This document shows, one piece after another, positions 58,001-64,000 of a stretch of DNA of 64,000 bases. Both the position numbers and the translations under genes were made by a program. The DNA lies in sequence record MF360958.1, one strand, 5' to 3'. Every line of letters begins with the position of its first letter. The first letter of the stretch is position 1. The notes beneath the pieces were generated by a model. That model saw only the letters and a list, made by a program, of their open reading frames with translations. It ran no database searches and was not told the DNA's origin.

Positions 58001-58333
58001 AGTGTAACCAACCTCAATGTCATAAAAAACAATATGAAGCGGCGGGGTTTTATTAAAATCATAGTTCTTACTTAAATAGCGAAAAATTGGGTTTACATCG
58101 TCTTCATAAACTTTTTCTTTAGGAAATTGACTTTTAGCATTATAAAATTCGGATGCTTTATTAAAAGCATAACGAACGCACTTTTCTCCGAATATAGTTT
58201 CATAATCTCCATATTCATCTTCTACATAAAAAACAAAATCGAGTTTATCTTTGATAACTCGACGCTGCCCACTATCATCACGTTCCAAAATAATGATATC
58301 GTTTTTATCTCTTACCGCGCTTATGTAACTCAT
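55064..58333 (-). CDS. gp43: Family B DNA polymerase (T4 gp43-like) with intein
   Basis: Exonuclease motifs FYDIEV, GWNSKMYDF, YNIKD; polymerase motifs DINSLYPS, KIMLNALYG, YGD|TDS split by the intein. Confidence 0.95.
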   Translation of the reverse strand: MSYISAVRDKNDIIILERDDSGQRRVIKDKLDFVFYVEDEYGDYETIFGEKCVRYAFNKASEFYNAKSQFPKEKVYEDDVNPIFRYLSKNYDFNKTPPLHIVFYDIEVGYTPENKYSTPDRADNPVISVSVQQDWCDTMHMLVLPPPTMTPEQAEHECDEVLKEYDDAPYDVKMWVFDDEGDLLKCFLHLIEDADVITGWNSKMYDFKYLTNRIPKIIGPYYLKDLCLLGKDPAERTQYNKKFKREETYYDCLGRVHLDYMELYKTYTYTELSSYALNHVSYVELDEEKIDYPYSLDHLYKYDFRNFVRYNIKDTYLIKMLDDRKKFIDLTNLLAHSNGVLMETTLGTVSITEQAILNQGHYFSDKVYIFPSKTEADESESGAAGAFVSPPQKGMRKLVAGNDINSLYPSTIRALNMSPETLVAQIDTTQTDQYIIDQVNNGEKDSPREAWGDLFNTFEFDKVYEQSEEEVILHFNRTEDSITAPAYKIYDLIYNSDKYIVSANGSVFTREKDGIIPTLLARWYAERKEMQAEAEKWEKKVSELSDGEEKRQAEINFKFWDQRQLAKKIMLNALYGALLNKHFRFYDKRLGQSTTLTGRSITRHMSSKINELIEGDYNYLGKSIIYGDSVTHDTIISTNNGEYTIEKLFVNSSRFWEDSETGKEYSYDPSIKVKTYDPQNGTSYYGEINYIYRHKTSKSKWLIRDSNNNEVIVTEDHSIMIENDDGMIKISPKDIVKGEDVLITVKCGEVLKCSIEDIVWLGYFDNEYVYDVGMKNAEHNWFFGNNILLKNTDSSYFSMYEAFMNSNDEEKIKYARALENDRDLSIELYDNISENTNKTFPEFMNQRFNTGINNGSIIKAGRENISSYSLFIKKKRYAMNLFDKDGIRQDTNGKSGKLKIMGIEIKRSDTPKIIQNVLEKALNMLLDGEDESKVLNYLIEFKKDLLEKQPWLIGKPSGANAVDYYTQIHNEIKAGVRGKTMIPNAIAGAIAWNELLDFFEEDHMEKIKNGSKVIVCPLKINDYGYDKIAYPTDQIHFPEWFKELPFDIEAMAETIFYKKVNNIFGVLDWDMGILKASSKFHEIFVEDDD
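55961..56449 (-). mobile_element. 163-aa mini-intein at the YGD/TDS (pol-c) site, lacking a homing endonuclease
   Basis: Starts SVTHD; block B TEDH; block F YVYDVG; ends LLKN followed by +1 Thr; removal restores YGDTDS. Confidence 0.92.
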
Positions 58334-58455
58334 ATATATTAAATTTATCCTTAAAGTATTTTTGAGGAAGAAAGATCAACTCATAAGATAAGATAAGATT
58401 ATGAATCTAGAAAACCATACGAGTTGATCTTATTACTACTTATTTATGATAGATA

Positions 58456-58719
58456 TTAGAGCTTGCGTCCAGTTTCATCAAGAATGGTTTCAACATTTTC
58501 AAACTCTTCCTGTTCATCTTGAAAATTCATTTTTGATGCAACGGTTATTGCTTTACGAATTACCTTTGGTTTTACACCAAGTTCGTCAGCCTGAGCCTTA
58601 ATAGCCTCATTAAGGCTTTCATTTTTAAGTTTGATTTCTTCTTTAACCTGAACACCATAGGTAATTAGGTTATCTAGTTTACGCTTTTGTTCGGGATTAA
58701 GATTGCTTAGTGAACTCAT
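58456..58719 (-). CDS. dsbA: T4 DsbA-like double-stranded DNA-binding protein
   Basis: 87 aa; EEIKL..EAIKAQADELGVKPKVIRKAI..NFQDEQEEFENVETI pattern. Confidence 0.72.
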   Translation of the reverse strand: MSSLSNLNPEQKRKLDNLITYGVQVKEEIKLKNESLNEAIKAQADELGVKPKVIRKAITVASKMNFQDEQEEFENVETILDETGRKL

Positions 58720-58774
58720 ATTTTTCTCCTGTAAGTTAATAAATTCATTAAGTTACCTCTGTAACTTGATAATA

Positions 58775-58802
58775 AGTATTCCATAATTATAATTCTTGTC
58801 AA
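58775..58802 (-). promoter_or_regulatory. sigma70-like promoter TTGACA-N16-AATACT with TGn
   Basis: Upstream of the dsbA-polymerase unit; imperfect -10. Confidence 0.5.
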
Positions 58803-58843
58803 GGACTTGATAAATAATATTAGAGATATACTAGGAATAATTT

Positions 58844-59416
58844 ATGAAATTTAATGATACAATTTATAAAGATATAGTATCACAAACACGATTTGTAATG
58901 GAAAGATTGCGTATTTTTGCTCGTATATTTTTAATTGGATATCTTTACATACTATCAACAATGATTGATTGGGCAACAGGTTTAGATAACCTTAATAATG
59001 CTCAGACAGGATTAATTTCCACAATAGTGGGTTTAGGCACACCTCTTACAAAATTCTATACTGATACAGGCAAAGAATTATATGATTCATATGATAATTT
59101 AGAATATAAATATTCAATTGTTAAATGGATGGATAGAATTGGTTTTGTTATTAATAGATGGCGTATCGTTCCTTTAATATTTGTGACTTACTATGTTTAT
59201 AGTCTATATTGGGTTATAATGTGGGCAATGGAGTTAGGAAGTGATTTAACAAATCAACAAGCAACATTTGTTTCCACATATGCAGCAAGTGCTAGTATGG
59301 TTCTTGGATTTTTTATAAATACAAAAAATATTAATTTAAATTTAGAAAAGGATTTCTTCAAACGTTCAAACAAAAACAATAAAACAGAAAAGGCACAAAA
59401 GGTTAATAAATCATGA
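58844..59416 (+). CDS. Membrane protein with two tandem copies of a holin-like 2-TM domain
   Basis: RLRIFARIF..IDW..NAQTGLISTIVG and RWRIVPLIF..IMW..NQQATFVSTYAA; basic C-terminal tail; GATAAATA at 58809-58816. Confidence 0.6.
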   Translation: MKFNDTIYKDIVSQTRFVMERLRIFARIFLIGYLYILSTMIDWATGLDNLNNAQTGLISTIVGLGTPLTKFYTDTGKELYDSYDNLEYKYSIVKWMDRIGFVINRWRIVPLIFVTYYVYSLYWVIMWAMELGSDLTNQQATFVSTYAASASMVLGFFINTKNINLNLEKDFFKRSNKNNKTEKAQKVNKS

Positions 59417-59760
59417 TAGGATTTGTAGAAGTCGATATAAAATATATTAAAAAAGCTTATAGCTTTATTAAAAATTATGATAATGAAGAAACAATTTCAA
59501 AAAATGAAAAAATAAGCGAGAAACTTGAAAAAGTAAATGATATTATGAAAGTTTCAACAGGACGAAAAGGCTTCTTTAATAAAAAACAAAGAATTAAATT
59601 AAAAAGCCTTTTAGAAGAATTAGTATATTCTTCGTATATATCTTCAAATGAATATATCATATTACGTACAGAACTAGCAGGACTTATTCAAGATATTATA
59701 TATCTTTATGAAGATGTTCATAACAATAATGAAGACAGTCCCGACAACGAAAACAGATAA
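59413..59760 (+). CDS. Hypothetical protein
   Basis: 115 aa; ATGA overlap with the upstream gene. Confidence 0.65.
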   Translation: MIGFVEVDIKYIKKAYSFIKNYDNEETISKNEKISEKLEKVNDIMKVSTGRKGFFNKKQRIKLKSLLEELVYSSYISSNEYIILRTELAGLIQDIIYLYEDVHNNNEDSPDNENR

Positions 59761-59798
59761 TAATAATATAAAATAAATTTTATTAGGAGTTTAATTCT

Positions 59799-60698
59799 AT
59801 GACTAACAAAAATGAATCGATTGAACATGAAGACATCGAAACCCAAATTATTTCAAAACGTTCAAATCTAGAAGACTGTCGTAAAAACGTCAGCAAAGAT
59901 TTAAAAGATTGTATTGATAAAACACTTGACGGTGTTGATTATATAGAACGTTTTAAAGATTTCAAAGATGAAATTCTTAAATCTAAAGATGAATACCAAG
60001 TTGACCAAGTTCAGCCACTAATTAACACTTCCGAAGAATTATTTGGTCATTTTTTTGAAATGTCCGAATTTCTTTTAAATCTTTGTGAATCAATTAAAGA
60101 AGAAAATGAAAAAATTGAAAAAAAGAAGACACAATTTTGCGATTCTTACAGTCGTTGTATTGATGTTTTTATTACAGGTTTAGGTTATTGCTATGACTTT
60201 CTAACTGAAATTTGTAACAGCCTTATCGAGAGTGATGAAATGAGTATTGAAGATATTAATGAAGATAGTATTGATGAGAAAGCTAAAGAATATGAATCCA
60301 TTGAAAGTTATATCAGCCAATTAGTAAGTGTATTAGAAAAGTTTAACAAACCTCTTGAAAAATGCAAAGACATTATTCGTAAAATCGATAAGCAAATTGG
60401 TGAAATTATGCTTACAGAACAGAACATCAAAGGCAAATATTGGTGCGTATATCAACCGGGAGCTGCTATTTTTGGAATTGGAAAAACTGAAAATGAAGCT
60501 TGGAAAGACGCTGAAGAGTGGGCCGATGATGTTTCTGATAAAAACTGGAAGCAATCTTTTGAAATCATGCCATGTACTGAAGAACTTTATAACTATGTTG
60601 CTAACCATGGCACTCCCGATTATTGGGGTGAAATAGATGGTGTCCTTACTACAAAAGAACAAGAGCAGCAACTTGAAGAAGATATAAAAAATCTCTAA
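59799..60698 (+). CDS. Hypothetical protein: acidic coiled-coil N-terminus fused to a small C-terminal domain
   Basis: 299 aa, RBS AGGAG; C-terminal AIFGIGKTENEAWKDAEEW domain. Confidence 0.7.
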   Translation: MTNKNESIEHEDIETQIISKRSNLEDCRKNVSKDLKDCIDKTLDGVDYIERFKDFKDEILKSKDEYQVDQVQPLINTSEELFGHFFEMSEFLLNLCESIKEENEKIEKKKTQFCDSYSRCIDVFITGLGYCYDFLTEICNSLIESDEMSIEDINEDSIDEKAKEYESIESYISQLVSVLEKFNKPLEKCKDIIRKIDKQIGEIMLTEQNIKGKYWCVYQPGAAIFGIGKTENEAWKDAEEWADDVSDKNWKQSFEIMPCTEELYNYVANHGTPDYWGEIDGVLTTKEQEQQLEEDIKNL

Positions 60699-60704
60699 AT
60701 TTTA

Positions 60705-60734
60705 TTGACATCAACTTGTTAATTTGCGTATACT
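60705..60734 (+). promoter_or_regulatory. sigma70-like promoter TTGACA-N18-TATACT
   Basis: Intergenic, upstream of ATG 60782. Confidence 0.6.
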
Positions 60735-60760
60735 AAGCCAGTAATGAATACTGGCTTTTT
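60735..60760 (+). terminator. Intrinsic terminator AAGCCAGTA-ATGAA-TACTGGCTT-TTT
   Basis: Perfect 9-bp stem followed by a T tract, downstream of the stop at 60698. Confidence 0.75.
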
Positions 60761-60781
60761 ATATTTGAGGTTAATATTAAT

Positions 60782-61987
60782 ATGTTTTTAAACAATATAC
60801 AATATAAAACATTTAAAAAATTTCCAAATTTTTTAAAACAAAGCGTAATAGATCATGATAATAATAATGATTATCATCCACATTTTTACACAAAAGAAGA
60901 TGGAGTACTAGATGAAATTAGTCTAATATTTAAAGATATTTATACTTATTATGGTCTTTCTTATATTGATGTAACTAATATTCTAATTGTCCTTTTAACC
61001 CCTAATAAAATAAAAAATATACCAGAAGAACAATATATAAAAGAATTAGAAGTGGCTCATGACTTTTCTTTATTGTTTGATTATTATCATGAAGATTGTT
61101 GTAACATAACCAACATAAAAACATACTACTTTGAATATAACATTGAAGCTTTTCTATATGTATTATTTAAAATGTTTTTTAGTGAATATCATCAACATTC
61201 CGAAACTAATAATAAGGAAACTATAGGAAATAAATTATTACATCATGCTTCAGTGAATAAAAAATTGATAACTAATAATTATGGTAAAATTGATCGTGTT
61301 AAAAACAATTATGTGAAAATTAATACTAATTTTTTCAATACTATTATAGAATTATACATTAAAAATGATAATATTCGGTATTATCTAACTAGTATTATGA
61401 GAAACGATATAAATTTAAGCGATGTTTCTGCATCCCATTATATTCCTTCATATGCACTGGTCGTCTATATTTACATATTTTTAGGTATAAACGAAAAAAT
61501 TCAATACAATAAAAGCGATGATGTATGGTATGCATATAATTATTGTTTGGAAAAAATCATTAGTGATATGGCTGAACGACATATGGAAGAAATGTGTAAT
61601 GTTCTTATATTTCCAGCCAAACATTTTTTTAATAAAAGCAAATATATTAATACATATCATATCAATACTGTACTAGTTCAAACAGAATTTATAATGAATA
61701 ATTATAACACATTAAAAAATAAAAAACGTTTAAAGAATATCATTTTCATTGATTATTTTACTAACTTAATAGTTAATGTTTTAGGAATTATTCTTTATAA
61801 TGATAAACAAAATAAAACAATTACTGAATTAGAACATTTCATAAAAGAATGTCCAGAAGAATTATTTTCTAAACTCTTCTATAATTATGATGAATTAAAT
61901 AAATTGGTGAAAAGCTTTAATTCTTCTAAAATATTTAAGACACGATGGAATAAATTAAAGTTACAATACAATCTATACAGTGAGTGA
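60782..61987 (+). CDS. Hypothetical protein (N/Y/I-rich)
   Basis: 401-aa ORF, RBS GAGG. Confidence 0.7.
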   Translation: MFLNNIQYKTFKKFPNFLKQSVIDHDNNNDYHPHFYTKEDGVLDEISLIFKDIYTYYGLSYIDVTNILIVLLTPNKIKNIPEEQYIKELEVAHDFSLLFDYYHEDCCNITNIKTYYFEYNIEAFLYVLFKMFFSEYHQHSETNNKETIGNKLLHHASVNKKLITNNYGKIDRVKNNYVKINTNFFNTIIELYIKNDNIRYYLTSIMRNDINLSDVSASHYIPSYALVVYIYIFLGINEKIQYNKSDDVWYAYNYCLEKIISDMAERHMEEMCNVLIFPAKHFFNKSKYINTYHINTVLVQTEFIMNNYNTLKNKKRLKNIIFIDYFTNLIVNVLGIILYNDKQNKTITELEHFIKECPEELFSKLFYNYDELNKLVKSFNSSKIFKTRWNKLKLQYNLYSE

Positions 61988-61991
61988 ATAT

Positions 61992-63020
61992 TCACTCACT
62001 GTTATAATTAGATGGATCAATATGAACAACTTCACTAGGGGCCATATTTTTTTTCCCAATTTTATTATCCCAATACTCGCTTCGTGATTCTTCCAATTCA
62101 TACTGTTTCGTTGAACTTGGCATATGACCATTTTTCATAAGTAACTCATCTCGAAATTGTTGATTATCTTTTTCTGAATTGAAAACAACAGTAAACGCAT
62201 TATTAATAACCGTAGTATAGTAAGAAAAAGGATTAGAAGAAAATAGTTCATTAAATTGAAGCCCTACACTTGATAATTGCACCAATGCATGTGTAATCAT
62301 TTCATCAATGTAGGAATAATCTCTCCAATTATGCTTTTTAGAAATACGTTCTGTTAACTTCATAAAAGCTAATCCTAAACCATCATTTATTTTCCCATGT
62401 TTTACATCAAATTCTTTATTACTATTATAATGAGATAATGCTACACATTGCACTTGTCCATCAACTATTGCATAATGTTTGTAGGGTGGAAAATTAACTT
62501 TTTCTTTATAATCTGATACCAACATATGCTTTTTATTTTTACGAGGTTCACTTGTATAAGGAATATGCTCATAGGTAAAAACTCTTAAAACTAAATCATT
62601 CTCATCAATTTCAACATTTTTTGGAAGTTCATTAACACGTTTATTACCATTTTCATATAACTTTCTATTATAATGACCTAGTTTAAGATGATTTAATAAT
62701 TTTTCATCAAATTTTCCATTAAATATAACAATTTTATTATCTATATATTCAAAATCCTCAGAAGTTAATAAGTCCATATCTGATTCCTTCAGAACAGAAG
62801 TTCTTCGTTTATTCTTTTTTATTCGTTTATTGTTTACTATTTGTAACATTAATTGTTCACGACATTGGTAATATAAATCATCCGCACATGCTATAAAATC
62901 ATAATCCAAAAATTTTGTATTACGCCATGTTCCATCAATATACCATGTAAATGATGCCTTTGATAAATGAATATTTCTTAATATTTCTTTATTCTTTAAA
63001 TAGTGTTCTTGTTTTGCCAT
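61992..63020 (-). CDS. gp55: Late-transcription sigma factor (T4 gp55-like) with a large N-terminal insertion; start revised to ATG 63020
   Basis: HYLKNKEI N-terminus; NWRDYSYIDEM..QFNELFSSNPFSYYTTVINNAF..EK matches the gp55 core; RBS GGAG. Confidence 0.85.
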   Translation of the reverse strand: MAKQEHYLKNKEILRNIHLSKASFTWYIDGTWRNTKFLDYDFIACADDLYYQCREQLMLQIVNNKRIKKNKRRTSVLKESDMDLLTSEDFEYIDNKIVIFNGKFDEKLLNHLKLGHYNRKLYENGNKRVNELPKNVEIDENDLVLRVFTYEHIPYTSEPRKNKKHMLVSDYKEKVNFPPYKHYAIVDGQVQCVALSHYNSNKEFDVKHGKINDGLGLAFMKLTERISKKHNWRDYSYIDEMITHALVQLSSVGLQFNELFSSNPFSYYTTVINNAFTVVFNSEKDNQQFRDELLMKNGHMPSSTKQYELEESRSEYWDNKIGKKNMAPSEVVHIDPSNYNSE

Positions 63021-63045
63021 AAAAATTATCTCCAAAATTTATTTT

Positions 63046-63053
63046 CATAAATA
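63046..63053 (+). promoter_or_regulatory. Late promoter CATAAATA for the baseplate genes
   Basis: Intergenic, 56 nt upstream of ATG 63110; a second TATAAATA lies at 63101-63108. Confidence 0.55.
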
Positions 63054-63062
63054 CTTTTAGTT

Positions 63063-63090
63063 ACATTATCAAATTTTATAAAAATGTCAA
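63063..63090 (-). promoter_or_regulatory. sigma70-like promoter TTGACA-N16-TAATGT with TGn, driving gp55
   Basis: Intergenic, 42 nt upstream of ATG 63020. Confidence 0.7.
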
Positions 63091-63109
63091 TAAATTAGGA
63101 TATAAATAT

Positions 63110-63790
63110 ATGTCTTTTGCAAATCAATCAAATAATCTTTCGACAATGCCCATTGATAAAGTCAAACTGGTCTTTGATAAAAGTTTACGCGGTAATAATA
63201 ATCAACAATTACGCCAAATTATGCTCGGTGAAAATGCAGTAAATTCTAATAGTAATGGTGAAAAACTTATGCAACCGTTACTAGAAGATGGTGGTATAGT
63301 TTTCGATTATACCCCATCTGTAACTATAACGTATGTTACTAGTTACACACCATTAGATGTGGTTCATAGTAATTATGATTTTTATGCTTTTCAAAAAGCA
63401 GGCGTAAATGACTTTCAAATTGAAGCTCCTATTACCTCAGAAACAAGAGAGAAAGCCAACAAAACTCTTGCTATTATTCACTTTTTAAGAACTTTTAGTA
63501 AAATGAATTTTGGTATTAATGATGATATGCAAGGGTTACCTCCCCGCATACTAAGATTATTTGGTTATGGTGAATATATGATAAATAATGTACCAGTAGC
63601 TATTCGAAATTTTTCTATTGTTTTAGGTCAAGATACGAATTATGTTCAAACAGATTTTCAAACACAAGTTCCATTATCTATGACATTTTCTATTAATTTG
63701 CATATGATGCCTACACCATCAAAAATTAAAAACGAATTTAATCTTCAAGATTTTACAGCGGGAAAATTAATTAAGAAAGGTTACTTATAA
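63110..63790 (+). CDS. Baseplate hub / tail-tube-initiator-like protein
   Basis: GIVFDYTP..VVHSNY..IHFLR..KMNFG..GLPP..FGYGEYM.NNVPV motif set typical of this structural family. Confidence 0.65.
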   Translation: MSFANQSNNLSTMPIDKVKLVFDKSLRGNNNQQLRQIMLGENAVNSNSNGEKLMQPLLEDGGIVFDYTPSVTITYVTSYTPLDVVHSNYDFYAFQKAGVNDFQIEAPITSETREKANKTLAIIHFLRTFSKMNFGINDDMQGLPPRILRLFGYGEYMINNVPVAIRNFSIVLGQDTNYVQTDFQTQVPLSMTFSINLHMMPTPSKIKNEFNLQDFTAGKLIKKGYL

Positions 63791-64000
63791 TGGCGAAAAA
63801 GAATAATACAAATCCGTATTTCCTAACACCAATAACAGAAAATTATCTTGATATTTTAGTAATGCCTCAAATTGAACATTCTCCAAATGATAAGTTTTGG
63901 ATAATTGAAAAACATTACGAATATAGACCCGATAAATTAGCTAAAGAACTTTATGGTGATGAACGATATTATTATGCATTTATGCTCCGTAATATGGATA
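63790..64000 (+). CDS. Baseplate wedge subunit (gp53/LysM-like), partial at the right edge
   Basis: TAATG overlap; translates MAKKNNTNPYFLTPITENYLDIL..YEYRPDKLAKELYGDERYYYAFMLRNMD; RPDxLAxxLYG motif. Confidence 0.75.
   Translation, partial: MAKKNNTNPYFLTPITENYLDILVMPQIEHSPNDKFWIIEKHYEYRPDKLAKELYGDERYYYAFMLRNMD

Noticed and set aside
1377-60671. Short antisense or overlapping ORFs in the track (e.g. 1377, 5916, 12329, 15506, 16052, 17228, 17939, 19007, 24400, 25359, 47308, 49530, 50031, 60333)
   Set aside because: They are shadows of long genes on the other strand; the near-identical ones (16052/19007, 17228/17939) simply mirror the coding repeats; no RBS or motif support
63101-63108. TATAAATA directly before ATG 63110 as the functional late promoter
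   Set aside because: Too close: a T4-type start site would fall at or after the ATG; CATAAATA at 63046 fits better unless the true start is Met 63146
1-64000. Stop-codon reassignment (TAG/TGA recoding seen in some jumbo phages)
   Set aside because: The standard code gives dense, uninterrupted genes up to 3807 aa, and TAG and TGA end well-defined genes; one TAG-interrupted hydrophobic frame near 46400-46515 is too weak to count
1-64000. Eukaryotic giant virus or cellular origin, suggested by Kelch, WD, vWA and PolB
   Set aside because: Shine-Dalgarno sites, sigma70-type promoters, gp55, GroES, Gre, T4-type primase/helicase and baseplate genes indicate a bacteriophage

Overview
This 64 kb AT-rich window is part of a jumbo myophage genome with T4-like core genes. 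Gene content and order resemble what I recall of RaK2/GAP32/121Q/SCTP-2-like jumbo phages (not verified by search). Bases 92-26551 (minus strand) form a late virion module: tail-fibre-like genes, a 3807-aa baseplate protein, a Kelch-tipped fibre-like protein, and a 3096-aa modular adhesin-like protein. That protein has about 21 Ig-like 79-aa repeats, two 7-bladed beta-propellers and two recently duplicated vWA/MIDAS modules. Bases 26703-40545 (mostly plus strand) hold replication and accessory genes: UvsW, a clamp-loader-like subunit, an alpha/beta hydrolase, a nucleotidyltransferase, a 193-aa mini-DnaE, primase, helicase and an Acb1-type anti-CBASS 2H phosphoesterase. Bases 41016-45644 are a second small late island ending in an M15 peptidase. 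Bases 45793-58719 (minus strand) carry a Gre-like factor, a MoxR AAA+/NTase/GroES/vWA-metallopeptidase cluster, RNase H, a sliding clamp, a family B DNA polymerase with a mini-intein, and DsbA. The right end has the gp55 late sigma factor and baseplate genes. Regulation appears two-tiered: sigma70-like promoters with a recurring 16-bp spacer, and (T/C)ATAAATA late promoters. The strongest novelty candidates are the recombination-prone, periscope-like giant adhesin, the MoxR-NTase-GroES-vWA cluster, and the mini-DnaE. All family assignments come from motif recognition by eye; no database searches were run.
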